Origin: Octopus sinensis
Taxonomy: Eukaryota
Assembly: GCF_006345805.1 (NCBI RefSeq)
Contig: NC_043006.1
Span: 32,488,001 to 32,552,000, forward strand
DNA length: 64,000 bases
Direction of reading: 5' to 3'
In this document: one piece after another, positions 39,848 through 52,874 of the stretch
How positions within the stretch are numbered: position 1 is the first letter of the stretch
Layout of the letters: each line of letters opens with the position of its first letter
Made by a program: the position numbers and the translations under genes
The notes under the pieces: model-generated
Database searches by the model: none
The model's input: only the letters and a program-made list of their open reading frames with translations
What the model was told of the DNA's origin: nothing

Positions 39848-40289
39848 ACTGGCACGAACATGCACACGCACACAAATACTGAAGCTTACATGTAGACACA
39901 GGGAGAGAGAGTAAAAGTGAAAGAGAAATAGAGGGAGCAAGTCTTATATTTACATTCATAAACATAAATTTAATGTTGCTACGAATTTAAGTAATATTCG
40001 TATTTTGAAATTATTGGGAAGCATAAATATTCATAAACACAAAATTCAACACACCTACATACACATCTGTAATGCCTGAAGTGAATTTTAATAAAATTCA
40101 TTAATATATGCACAGTTCGGAAATACTTGCAGAAATATGTCTATTCATACCTGCATATATCTGTACAAATACACACACACACACACCACACACACACGCA
40201 CGCACAAACACACACACACACACGCACACACACACATATATACTTACTAGTTTAAAAGCCATTATAACGGGCGACTTTTAAGGTAGCTC

Positions 40290-41145
40290 CTGTGCAGAGC
40301 TCTCCATTGGGCCTTGGGCCCAACAATGGCACTTCATGCATTGAATACATATTAAATTTTATTAAACTTGACCAATATCTTTCAAGCAATGAACAATTTT
40401 CGTCAAAACGATGATATAATCGGTTGACTTGGAACTTAGTCCGGGGCCTTCCAATTTGGCACTTTACCCACTTGTTCTTTCACATCACCCATGCTTATGA
40501 CAATATTCCTTTGTTTCTTTCCTCCTGGTAATTCTGTCTTGATAGTTCCTATCCACGTTGCATCCTTTTTATGCACCACATTGTTTCCTCATAACCCGCT
40601 CCAGAACCTCTTGGCTTGATTTGCATCAGGAGCAAAATTTTCCCCATTGTTTCCTAACGTTCGGAAGAATTGCTTCGGGTTATTTCTGAACTATCTGTTC
40701 TCCACGAACTGCTTCTTTCAGTTCACAAATCTTCTGATATTCTGTTTTTTGTCCATGATCCTCTGTTTTAACTGCTCTATTACTGCATCAAACCCGTTCT
40801 TCCGTATTTTATACTTCTTCTCTAATTATTCTCGGTCAGTCTTTTTCCCATTTTTCCAGTTTCCCCTTAACCATTGCTCAATTTTCCTAGACCTTGCCTT
40901 GCCCGCATTATGTCCCTTTCAATGCGTCGTTTTCATCATGGTTCTTTTGCTCCATCATTTTTTGTTCTCTTAAGTTGTAATTTCTCCTCAGCAAGTAGCG
41001 CAATAGCTCGGAAAAGATTCCTCGTTAGTGATATGTCTGCCGTCTGGATGTATGGTATAACAGTATTTATCTTTTGTGTTAATTTATTTATCATACTCCT
41101 ATCTACCCTTCTCATTTTCATGGGATTTTTTTCTTCTAGAGCATT
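40290..41145 (-). pseudogene. R4/Dong-like LINE fragment (region upstream of and entering the RT)
   Basis: Minus strand: KINTVIPYIQTADISLTRNLFRAIALL...EPW-KRRIERDI; frameshifted PDANQAKRFWSGL and VPNWKAPD; ends at (AAT)n. Confidence 0.75.
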
Positions 41146-41162
41146 CATTATTATTATTATTA

Positions 41163-41206
<44 letters not shown>

Positions 41207-41760
41207 GAGTGAGAGAGCAGTGCATGCCATCAAAGTGACACTGGGGTAAAATATACGAAGCCCAATATACCCATCATGACTACCCGTTTGATAAGGGTAC
41301 ACCAGGCACATGCATCACAACCATATGTGCGCGACATGGTGATCTCATATCAAGATAAACAGCACATGACCTTGCAGGTGGGGCCCAGTTAGAAATTTCT
41401 TCAGGTCGAGTAGCCCATCCCGCTCAAAAGATCCCTGAATAAGGGTTGTTTAAGGATGTTGAAAGAACTACCCATGTTTCCAGAGGTGAACTATTCAAAC
41501 CCCAAAGAATCCCTCTCAACACATGGCTATGATGCTCCCCCACTACTTCTGCTCATGATCAGAGATGCACATATCGTCAGCCACTAAGGGCCATGCTCAA
41601 CTGGTTAAGGTCAAACAACTGACAAGTAAATCTGTGGTATTGAGCAGAATATTTGCTGTAGCCCATCTTTTATACCAAGACAAAAGAATGTACATGATAA
41701 CACTTCCAATCAGTTAAGATCAGAAGCCATGAGAGCCACTGTCTGGTACTGCATCAGGGC

Positions 41761-41764
<4 letters not shown>
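41207..41764 (-). mobile_element. Non-coding ~560-bp (TAA)n-associated element
   Basis: Bounded by (ATT)n on both sides; sister copy at 21040-21505. Confidence 0.85.
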
Positions 41765-41835
<71 letters not shown>

Positions 41836-41836
<1 letters not shown>

Positions 41837-42285
41837 GCCTTTGCACAGCTTCTAACGCTGGAGATATACTACAGTGTCAGCTGTTCACCACCAGTAAACT
41901 AAGGTAACACCTCTTATTTTTCGAGCACCATCCGGAGTATTCGAGCGGTTCCGAGCGGTGCTATTTTCTTAAACTGCTCCACCTTATTGCAGACCCTATT
42001 TCTTCAATGTAATTATCAAGATTTTTACTCACTCTTCCCAGGGCTCCGACGATTATTGGTACTACTGCTACAACTGCTCAACTTTCCAAGCTAAAATTTC
42101 TTTCTCAGTTCACACTCTATCTGGTTTTCTATTCTCTATCTCATGGTGGCCCTGAATCATAAAATCCTATAGAATCTTTGCATTATCATTTTCGATGATA
42201 CCTTCGGGTATATAGTACCTATTGTTTACTCTGTCAAGTCCGCACTTGTTGCAAAGTGTCCAAGGGACAATCCTTGCTATATTCT
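41836..42285 (-). pseudogene. 3' end (RLE domain + UTR) of an R4/Dong-like LINE with (AAT)n tail
   Basis: Minus strand: NIARIVPWTLCNK...PEGIIENDNAKIL*DF; VVPIIVGALG; LGTARILRMVLEK*. Confidence 0.8.
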
Positions 42286-42420
42286 TCTTCTTCTTCTTCT
42301 TCTTCTTCTTCTTCTTCTTCTTCTTCTTCTTCTTCTTCTTCTTCTTCTTCTTCTTCTTCTTCTTCTTCTTCTTCTTCTTCTTCTTCTTCTACTTCTTCTT
42401 CTTCTACTTCTTCTTCTTCT
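42285..42420. repeat. (TTC)n microsatellite
   Basis: Direct inspection. Confidence 0.98.
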
Positions 42421-42638
42421 GATTATTATTATTATCATGAATATGTATATAAATGCATATATAACATATCTGTGTGTCTGTATATTTACCACTTTATGTA
42501 TTTCTACCGTTGTGCTTATATTGTTGTTTCTTTCTTTCTACCAGATTAAATGAATACTGTTCAAGCCACAAAATTTCATAATATTTATATATTTACCTAC
42601 AGAAATATACCAAGTGTACAAAACACCCACACTGCAAG

Positions 42639-42681
<43 letters not shown>

Positions 42682-43242
42682 CACGCGCATACACGCTATG
42701 TATAATACACCCCAAAATGTGTATTTACAGCTATACAAATTTATTTGTGAGCTTATGCTCACTTTAGAATTACTTATCAATTCTCACTGCGTGTATATAG
42801 TGAGGGTGGGGTGCGCATAATTTGCTCATTTACAAGTCCATATTATTCGAAAGATTCTGTTATTTAATATGTTGTTTGCACTCTGCTTTTGATTGTAAGT
42901 TCCTCCCGTCTTCCGAGAGTTTATAAAATAATTTTAATAACGTCTCGTTATTCACAATGCTTTGATAAATGTATTTCATAACATTTAATAGCATTCGCTG
43001 TTTTGTGGTGCTCTGCTAATGTGATTGGTTCGCTGTTTTGCTTTTTGTTTGGTAAAGTCGTTATCTCTGTAGTTTCAACTTTGTTGTTTGGGGACAGACT
43101 GTGTATGTTTTCTCTTTTCGAAATATGAACAAAAGAAACTTTGAAATAATAATGTCATCAATCTTTTCCTTAATAGATTATGTTTCAAAACGAAAAGTTA
43201 GTACAGACACACGAACATAATGATATCTGTTGTCTTTTGCCT

Positions 43243-43424
43243 TTTATTTCTGTCAGTCATTTGACTGCGGTCATACTGGGGCACTGCATTGAAGAGTTTT
43301 GTTTTTGTTTTAAACCTAGTACTTATTTTATCGTGCTCTTTTGTCGAACCGTTAAGTTATGGGGACGTAACCACACCAGCACCGATCGTCAAGTGTTGGT
43401 GGGGGACAAACAGATACACACACA

Positions 43425-43494
<70 letters not shown>

Positions 43495-43655
43495 ACGGGC
43501 TTCTTTCTGTTTCTGTCTACCAAATCCACTCATAAAGCTTTGGTCAACCCGTGGCAATAGTAGAAGACACTAGCTCAAGGTGTCAAGCAGTGTGAATGAA
43601 CCTGAAACAATGTGGCTGGGAAGCAAGCTTCTTACTACACAGCCACGCATGCGCC
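43243..43655 (-). mobile_element. SINE family A
   Basis: Reverse complement of the family A consensus with internal (CA)/(TA). Confidence 0.88.
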
Positions 43656-45159
43656 TGATAGTTTACAGTTCTCTGATGCTAAATTGTATTCATAGACATA
43701 AAGTTTCTATAGCGATGAACAGAGAATAAGTTAGTTGTGTGATGAGAGACAGTACCCACTTATTATCTTTACATGCACTGCAGTTGTAGTGGGATTGATG
43801 AAATAAATGCCTAGTCTGAGCATTTCCAGATATAATCGGAAAGAGAATCAGCTTGAATCCTTATCAGTTACTGAAACTTCAGCAGAAGGATCAGGTGATA
43901 GTTTTGAACTGGGTGAAGTCTTATGTTTACTACCTTAAGCCTCCTTCGAAATGAAGGCCTCATAGGTGGCAGCAGTATTAGTACTAGCCGGGTATTTGAA
44001 CTGAAAGTTTAATGGAAGAGAATTTGAATAGCATCTCTTAAATATTAAAACGTTGGATAGAATGTGGTATTTTTTCATGTTGCGTGGATTGTGAGTTCAG
44101 ATCTCACCGATGTCATCTTTCATAATTTCAGAGTTGATAAATAAAATGACAGTCCACCACCGGAACCAATTCGCCTACTATATTTCTTTTGATTCTTCTT
44201 TTCCTCCTCTCTGGAACAAATCAGCCGTAATTAAATTTTGATTGGAATGGCATCCGCCATAGCTAAAATTCCTACGAGATGCCGTCTGTCAAGTTAGCGC
44301 CTCTTCCGAATACATCAATGATTGAGGGTCCAAACGAGAATATTAGCCCATGTGAAATCACTACTCTGTATAGATATAGCCGGTTTTGTGACACAGCTAC
44401 TCCCGCTTCACTGGTGTCCCTTTTCTTCTTTCGTACTGTCTCTTCGTCTGGATTTGAGGCACATCTTTATTACCACTTACAATTGTTTCGGTAGTATTTA
44501 ATTTCTGACATCATTACACGTAAAGGATTCTATGTAAAAAGTTACGCAGTATGTGCGGTTAATTATATTGGAGATTCACTTCATAAGGCTGGCATCTAGA
44601 CTCTAGCACACGAAAATCCTCTTATAGAGTTGTAAAATTTGAGATCAGTGTCATGTTATTCTCCCTATTGAAGTTAGACATTCAAAGACATAGAAAACCT
44701 CACACGTACATAAAAAATAGCAGCAGTATTCATAAACTATATTTCCTCAATCTTTTGTACAGTGTCTGTTAATACGATGCAAAGGGGCGGCGCTACGCTT
44801 CGAGAAGTTCAACCTGTGTAGCCGAGGGAAATATAGACAGAGGCTAAACAGTGGAGGAAATACAATATTCGGACTTCTACACATCACTTACAAGAAACCA
44901 TTGCACATTGGAGTAGAGGATGTGAATATCAGTCAGACAGTAGTAGAGTCTGGACCTCTAAATCCATGTATTGCACGAAGTTATTCGATCGACAAATACC
45001 TAGGTACTGATAGAAATAATTAAAACCTCAATCATTATAATTATTATGAAGACAGCGGAAATCATCTGTCCGAAAGAAAAAAAGGACGCGATTATGAGAC
45101 CATATTGTTAGAAATTGCAACTAAAAAATTTCTAATGACATTGGGTTTGTATAAGGCGT

Positions 45160-45365
45160 TCAGCTGATAAAATCATAGCACGCCGGAAAAAATGCTGAGC
45201 GGCATTTCGTCCGTCTTTACGTTCCGTGTTCGAATGTCGCCCAGATCGGCCTTGCTTTTTAGCCTTTCGAGGGGATGAAATAAGTTCCTGTTGAGCACTG
45301 GGATCCATGTAATCGATTAGCTCCCTCTGCTGAAATTGCTGGCCTTGTGACAAAATTTTAAACCA
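45160..45365 (+). mobile_element. SINE family B, degenerate
   Basis: agcacgccggaaaaaatgctgagcggcatttcgtccgtctttacgttc...ggccttgtgacaaaatt. Confidence 0.7.
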
Positions 45366-46622
45366 ATATATGGTGTTTTTAGGTAAATTCGGCTTTTTTC
45401 TTTCTAGCTCTCTCATTTATTTAAACACTATTCAGTGTTATTCGAATTGACATAAAAGCTATTTTTATGGTAGAGTTTTTTTTGCATTTCTAGAACATTT
45501 ACTTATCATTTTTGAAATTTGAATAAATTTTACTACTTTCAAAAGGGGAACAATGGAGATTGTTAAGGAGTAAAAATCGATTAGGTTAAGTGCGAACCCA
45601 ATGTAAAAGACGAATCGTTCAATTACAAATACTCTTACGATCAAAACACAGCATCATTCATCAAATGGACCAGTGATAGATCTTTTGTGTGGTCACTTGA
45701 TCTGTTAGACACAGCAGCCAAATTCTTCTCAGATGATATCTTATTGACGTAATAATTGACTTAAGAATTGAATAATATTGTCGTGGTTTGATTGTGATTG
45801 GAAAGGGTTTGATCAGTGTATAATTAATCAGAATATGGTTGATTATGATTGCCCTGCCCCTAAGAACTTCTACCAACAATAACAACAAGCATTATCACAA
45901 TGTTGATGGCATTGTGAAACCGTGCCATTTAGAAGTTTTCTATAAACCAATGTCTACCATAATGAAGGTATAATAGTATTTTAATTCTGGTTGCTACATC
46001 ACCTTCAAACCATCGTCAACAGATCTAACACCACTACACTAATCAAGATAAAATCTTTGCAACTATTATACAGTGAATAATCTCCGAAGAGAAGGTCTTT
46101 AATTATGTTATGGCCTGGCCACTAAGGTGAATTAATGTCTGTGATTTAAAAAATAAATACGGTGTTGTTTATTTCTTAATTGCGTCGTATTGGTTTTATA
46201 AATGATTAAAATAATATATACTTGGCAATGATTTGTGTTGTTGTATATTATTATTACCGATATTAATGAAAAAATATCACTTACCTGAAGGCAATATTTT
46301 GGAGCAGTTGAATTTCAGTATATCTGAAGCATCATAAGTTTTCAGTATGTCTGTCTGTATGTATGTATGTGTGCGTATGTGTGTATGCATGTATCTATGT
46401 ATGTATGCTTGTGTGTGTGAGATTGTATGTACGTATTTGTTGTGAGTGTATGTCATTATTCAGTTGTATTTTAAAACTATTTGGCAATAGAGAAAGAGCC
46501 GGGTTCTAACCCAGATCCAACGTTCCTTCACTGGAATTTCAGCAACACCAACAGGGTATTTCTGTATGTATGTATGTATGTATGTATGTATGTATGTATG
46601 TATGTATGTATGTATGTATGTA

Positions 46623-46653
<31 letters not shown>

Positions 46654-46739
46654 ATGTATGTATGTATGTATGTATGTATGTATGTATGTATGTTTTATGC
46701 ATGTATTCTCATGCATATAGTTGCATATCTAGACATGCT

Positions 46740-48085
46740 CATATATATTTAAATAATAAACTTCTGGAAAGTTTTACAGATTTTTTACAGTTCCGTTGAT
46801 GGATTGGATCTATAGTCTTAGAATCATTTTTCTCCTCTCTGGATCTGAGAAGCCTAATTTCTCAAGATTGGTATTTAGGCAGTGTGTTACATATCCCAGG
46901 GCTCCAATGATTACAGGTAGAAACCTGAACTTGTAGTCTGGATAGAGTAACTTCAGATTTCTCAATAGTTCAACATAGGTATTCTCTTTTTCACTGATTT
47001 TCATCTTTATGTTAACATCCGCTGGGAAGCTAATTTCCACAACTGTACACAGTTTCTCTTGTCTGTCTGAAATCCTTATATCAGGTCTGTTGTGCTTACA
47101 TTTCATTAAGGTCTTCACTGGGACATTCCATTAGTACTCCTTTTTATTGACTGACTATGTCTTCTACCATATTGTGGGTTCTTATTTCTTTGTCCTCGGG
47201 ATTATCCTTCCGACGGATTTCGTTATAGAGTGTCCTAGAGCTACAACATCATGTCTCATCGGTGGATAATATCGTGATGACATTTTCGGACAGCAGCTTA
47301 TGATGTGAGTGATATCTTCGATGTTAAGTTCGCAAAGTTAACATGAGTTGTCACATTTTACTGCTTTTTCCGCCTCTCTATCCCTTTTGTGCATCAGGTA
47401 CTTGGCTGATATTTGCTGTTCCTGGATTACAAACGCTTACCCTGGAAAGTGGAAGGTAGTAATCCGGCTATTGGTTCATGATTGATTTTTGTGATGATCT
47501 ATGCTACCATCATCTCGGAGCTTTCTACTAACATATCCACGCATGGTCTTCTGCTGATATAGGTTCATTCTTTCATCTGATGATACGTTGCAGTAGAATC
47601 GTGCCACTTCTTTAGCCATGTACTTAAGGTTATCAGACAAAGAATGTTGCTCAAGGAGCAGCCCTCCAAGTCTTATGATGTTATCAGCCTCATGTATGCA
47701 AACTTGGTCAAGGGATGCACTTCGACACTTGGTGGTTAAAAGATGTTCCCGAAGGGATATGATGCGACATTCAAAGACAGTTTGGATCGATGTTAAGCCT
47801 CTGCTGCCTTGTTTTCGTTTTGGGTAGAAGCGGGCTACGTCACAGTTTGTGAAAATTATGCGAGCTTGTTATTATTTTTCGGGTTTTCACATCAATGGCT
47901 CAGATCTCATCAGGCGTCCAATCAAACAACCCAAATGTTGGTATGAGTACTGGCACAGCAAAAACATTGTGGGCCACTGTTTTATTGAATTCAGAGAGTT
48001 CCGAGGTCCAAATTTTCTTTATTCGGTTGTAATATTCTGTAGTCACACGTGCTTTGTTACAGGTGACATTGTAAAGTATGTGTCT
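46740..48085 (-). pseudogene. 5'-truncated RLE-type LINE (end of RT, CCHC knuckle, restriction-like endonuclease) in (TATG)n
   Basis: YYNRIKKIWTSELS; RGLTSIQ; C*LCELNIEDITHIISCC..RHD; HNRPDI..VVEISFP; PVIIGALG; (TATG)n at 46564-46693 and 48085-48203. Confidence 0.9.
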
Positions 48086-49014
48086 ATGTATGTATGTATG
48101 TATGTATGTATGTATGTATGTATGTATGTATGTATGTATGTATGTATGTATGTATGTATGTATGTATATATGTATTATGTATGTATGTATGTATGTATGT
48201 ATGTTTAATGTATAAAAAGAATCTGAAAGTTAAACAACCAGACAAATTTTTCTGAATGATGTTTTCTTATTGTGCGTAAGCGCTTTCGCCATAATATTTT
48301 AAAAACCCACGCGCAAACAAGCGCTCACAGAAAATACAAAAAACTTCATTCCAAAACGTTCATTTCATTCTGCTCTTCTAAAGATTATTTTATATAATTA
48401 ATATTTTTTTTATTGTAAGACAACTTTTCTTTTAATTCCATGACTATGTATTGTTCATTGTATTCTATCTTTCGTTTGCTGATAATGGCTGTTATTGTGC
48501 TGCATATTATGTTCTTTTTTTCTTTACGTGGGAAGCATTTTAAATTTGCTTATAATCTTAGATTTCCTTGAGTATTTAAAAGTTTTCCTTAGATTTAGAA
48601 CGTTTGTAGATGTTTTTATAGTAGTTTCGAGTGTAACTCGTAAGAATATGTTTTATTGCTGAGCGATTTTTGTGTGTGTATATATATCATTATTCAGTTT
48701 TATTTCAGTGTTGAAGTTTCAAGGGAATATGTTTAAGGGAGTGTTTGTTATGGGTGTATGAAGTAGGGGAATATTTATGTCTGTTAATGTGACTGTGTCA
48801 TATTGTTTAGTTATGGTTAAAATATATGATATTGGTAACGATTCACTCTCCAACAAAAAAAACATAAAATTAACCCACAAACAATGTTGTGGTTTTACAC
48901 TTCCACATCTCCAGCATCTACGCCTGCTTTTGATTATTGGGGCTTGAGAGTTGGGTGCCACATCCGTCATAGTCCACTCGATACAGCATTTAGCGCTTCA
49001 TTTTGTTATGAAGG

Positions 49015-49235
49015 TGAAGGTGCGTGGCTTGTTGGTTAGGGTTTTGCAATCACGATCGGAACATCGCGGTTTTTATTCCGGGAGCGAGAGGTGCGTTGTG
49101 TTCTTGAACAAAGTACTTCATTTCAAGTTGCTACACTCTACTCAGCTGGAAATGAGTAACCCAGCAATGGACTGGATTCCCATCCAGGGGGAATGCTATC
49201 ATCACGATCTTCTTTACGCCATTGAATCCGGGTAA
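49015..49235 (+). mobile_element. SINE family D
   Basis: ggtgcgtggcttgttggttagg...gcgttgtgttcttgaacaaagtacttcatttcaagttgct...catccaggggg. Confidence 0.65.
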
Positions 49236-49399
49236 CCGACTCTGTTAATACTTGGGCGCGAGACAGTAACGTTCATGGATTGCATTTATCTTCATCATGA
49301 AAGGATCGATCATTTATCAATCCACTCAAATAAGCAAGAAAAGCCTATCCCTCCTGCCCGCCATATTTTCTCCTTAAAAGGTATCAACTGGAATTCCTG

Positions 49400-49815
49400 T
49401 GTTTCACTTGTTTCTGTCATCCGACTGCGGCCATACTGGAATCACCTTGAAGAATTTTCTGTCGAAGTTGGTACTTATCCCATCGGTCTACTTTTGCCGA
49501 AGCGCTAAGTTACGGGGCGCAAGCATACCAACAACGGTTGTACAGCGGTGGTGTTGGGGCAAACACAGACGCGCGTGCACACAGTTGCACACACATACAT
49601 ACGTGCACACACACACGCACACGCACTCTCTCTCTGTGTCTCTCACACACACATACACACAACCGTATATATATTTATATAACATGGATTTCTTTCAGCT
49701 TCTGTCCACCAAATCCACTCACATGGCTTTGGTTAGCCTGGAGCTATAGTAAAAGACATTTGCCCATAATGCCACACAGTGGGACCGATCCCGGAACCAT
49801 GTGGTTGGGAAGCAA
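49400..49815 (-). mobile_element. SINE family A
   Basis: Reverse complement of the family A consensus. Confidence 0.85.
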
Positions 49816-51502
49816 AGATTTGCAAGCTGATTATCAAGTATATTCACCAGTACGAGCACTTACCCAGTCGCTTCGAACTAAATAATTAAAAAAAAATATG
49901 CAGAATTTATAAAATAAATTTTGTAATTTACGAAATATATTCCATAATCATATTGCGAACTGTAATAGTTTGAAATTCATAATTTGTTTTAGCTTACCTT
50001 TAATATATCGCTCGGCCATTGTATATTGGCAAATAAACTTTATTAAGACAATTTATACTTGGAAATTCGAATTTAAATTACCCTATCTCTCTCTACCTCA
50101 TCTCTCTCTCTCATCGTCTCAATCTCTCATTCTATTGCATCTCATTTCTCTTAATTTCTTGTTCATATCAACTTAACGAATCATCCATTTTCTCATTTTA
50201 AACATTACGATACCTATTACGAATTTCGATACCGTGGCAACTAAAATGGATAAAACAACAAAAATTACAGAACAATTTTAAGAAGTCATTAATGATTTAT
50301 TTGCTGTTGCTGAAAGCAACAATGAATCAACGATTCTATTAAGTGCTTGTTTCTTTATTTTCCTACTTTTTTTGTTTGTTTTCTCATCAATAAATTTAAG
50401 CAGCCATTTTGACTTGCATGTATACTTACATTTTTGTCTAAATCTTTCATGTTTAATTAATAGTGAAATTTATTGGTGTGAGATTTTTACTGTCCTCTCT
50501 AAAGAGCCAACAGGGAACCAGACACTATTCTTCGGAATATTGTTTTAGATGGAACCAATCCAGATGGTTCTAAATATGACAGTCAGGTACCCCACGATCA
50601 AATCACACCCTACAGACTTAAAAAAGGAAGTAGAGACATCACATAATTCTGTCCTGGACATACTGCTGCTTGAAAACAAGTTGAGATAGTCACTACAAGA
50701 ATGACTCTGACTTTGGGCCTCTTCAATCAGAGCTAACCTGAGATTCAAAGAAAGAATTCGTAGAGGCAATGTCCAATTAGCCTGCTTCATGTGTGCTTCT
50801 ACTCTTTTACTTTCACTTTCCATCGTCAATAAAATAAATAACAATCATTGTTTAGCCTCAAGTTAACCCTGAGCGGTCAAGTCTATGATCCAGGGTTCCG
50901 GTTGTGAACGTTTTGTATTTTTCAATGAGACATAATACAGGGTGCGATTCAGGAGTAATTTTGGATACTATTTCTAGCAGAGGTACAGAAATAGTCATGT
51001 GATTAAAAATTTCGCAGTGGAAACACGTGATCCCGGCTTTCACTCGACTGCACCTCACTTTAGGCTAGAATCTTTTACTATGCATACAGATCACTCCAAA
51101 ACATGTCATGAATTTTCATAAAAGGAAGCTGAACGGCGTTCGAACTGTAGGGTGTCTTTGTTCTGGGGCGTTGTGCAGTGACTCCCTAAGTTACCCCTTC
51201 TTAATCAACATTCGTATCGTTCTCTTCGCAGGTAAGATTTAACCTGAAAACTAGACTTCAAAAATTGTACGCGTTTGCTTAGCAAAACCCGTTCTCACGT
51301 TCCCACAATCTGCACTCTCTTCGCTACTGAGTAAGTCACCCTACAGAAAAGGCTAGGGATATTCTACTCAATGTAATTTTACAATCAACTAATGTGGTGA
51401 GGTTGCGGTGAGGATAACGTAGTCAAAAAATCGCCTAGTGCGCTATCTTTGTTCAGCAGTTACAAATAGTTGAAATAAACCAATGAGACTCGTATAGATA
51501 CA

Positions 51503-51618
<116 letters not shown>

Positions 51619-51651
51619 GTATGTATATACATGAATATACATGTAAATATC

Positions 51652-51865
51652 TTTTATTCTTTTAATTGTTCAGCCATTTGACTGCGGCCATGCTGGAGAC
51701 CCGCCTTTAGTCGAATAAATCGACCCTAGGACTTATTCTTTGTAAGACTAGTACTTATTCTATCGTTTTATTTTGCCGAACTGCGAAGTTACGGTGACGT
51801 AAACACACCAGCATCGTTGTCAAGCGATGGTGGGAGGACAAATACAGAAAGAAACATATATATAT
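51652..51865 (-). mobile_element. SINE family A, 3' half (5' half at 54365-54533; split by the RTE insertion)
   Basis: The two halves are collinear across the LINE; the break lies in the SINE's internal (TA)n. Confidence 0.85.
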
Positions 51866-52049
51866 GTATATATATATATATCATCATCATCATCATCATC
51901 ATTTAGCGTCCGTTTTCCATGCTAGCATGGGTTGGACGGTTCAACTGGGGTCTGTGAAGCTGGAAGGCTTCATCAGGCCCAGTCAGATCTGGCAGTGTTT
52001 CTACAGCTGGATGCCCTTCCTAACGCCAACCACTCCGTGAGTGTAGTGG

Positions 52050-52480
52050 GTGCTTTTTACGTGCCAACCGCACAGGTGCCAGTCAGAGCTGGCAAACGGC
52101 CACGAAACGGATGGTGCTTTTACGTGTCACCGGCACGGGGGCCAGGCGAGGCTGGCAACGGACACGAACGGATGGTGCTTTTACGTGCCACCGACACGGG
52201 GGCCAGACAGAGCTGGCAAACGGCCACGAACGGATGGTGTTTTTACGTGTCACCGGCACGGGGGCCAGGTGAGGCTGGCAACGGACACGAACGGATGGTG
52301 CTTTTACGTGCCACCGACACGGGGGCCAGACAGAGCTGGCAAACGGCCACGAACGGATGGTGCTTTTACGTGTCACCTGCACGGGGGCCAGGCGAGGCTG
52401 GCAACGGACACGAACGGATGGTGCTTTTACGTGCCACCGACACGGAGGCTAGACGGGGCGGCGCCGGCAACGACCACGAT
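52050..52480. repeat. ~61-bp GC-rich tandem repeat (about 6 units, alternating variants) in the RTE 3' UTR
   Basis: ggatggtgcttttacgtg[t/c]caccg[g/a]cacgggggccag recurs every ~61 bp. Confidence 0.92.
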
Positions 52481-52874
52481 CGGATGGTTCGCTTAACCAC
52501 AGCTGCAATTCCCACTGATGTTGATCGACCTCAATTTGGTTCTGCTTTCTGATATATGAATTGATTTGGTTTGATTTTGATTCTCACTGGTCTTGCCGGG
52601 TTTTCTCACGCACAGCATACTTCCAAAGGTCTCGGTCTCTGGTCATTTCCTTGGTGAGACCTAAAGTTCGAAGGTCGTGCTTCACCACCTCGACCCAGGT
52701 TTTCCTGGGTCTACCTCTTCCACAGGTCCCCTCAACTGCCAGGGTGTGACACTTTCGCACACAACTATCTTCAGCCGTTCTCATCACATGACCATACCAG
52801 CGCAAACGTCTCTCTTGCACACAACAACTGATGCTTCTTAGGTTCAACTTTTCTCTCAAGGTACTTACACTCTG

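Noticed and set aside
44470-44590. GAAAC-aatt-GTA palindrome on the minus strand
   Set aside because: No acceptable CUGANGA core with a matching stem I upstream; at best a very old remnant.
50545-50844. 99-aa complex ORF (similar unexplained stretch at 4500-5340)
   Set aside because: Could be old transposon coding debris, but no motif was recognised.
51150-51240. Possible 5' exon with a CAG|GTAAG donor
   Set aside because: Isolated splice-like signal with no supporting exon chain.
51932-52552. 206-aa repetitive ORF / CRISPR-like periodicity
   Set aside because: Antisense to the RTE 3' UTR tandem repeat; no unique spacers, eukaryotic context, no cas genes.
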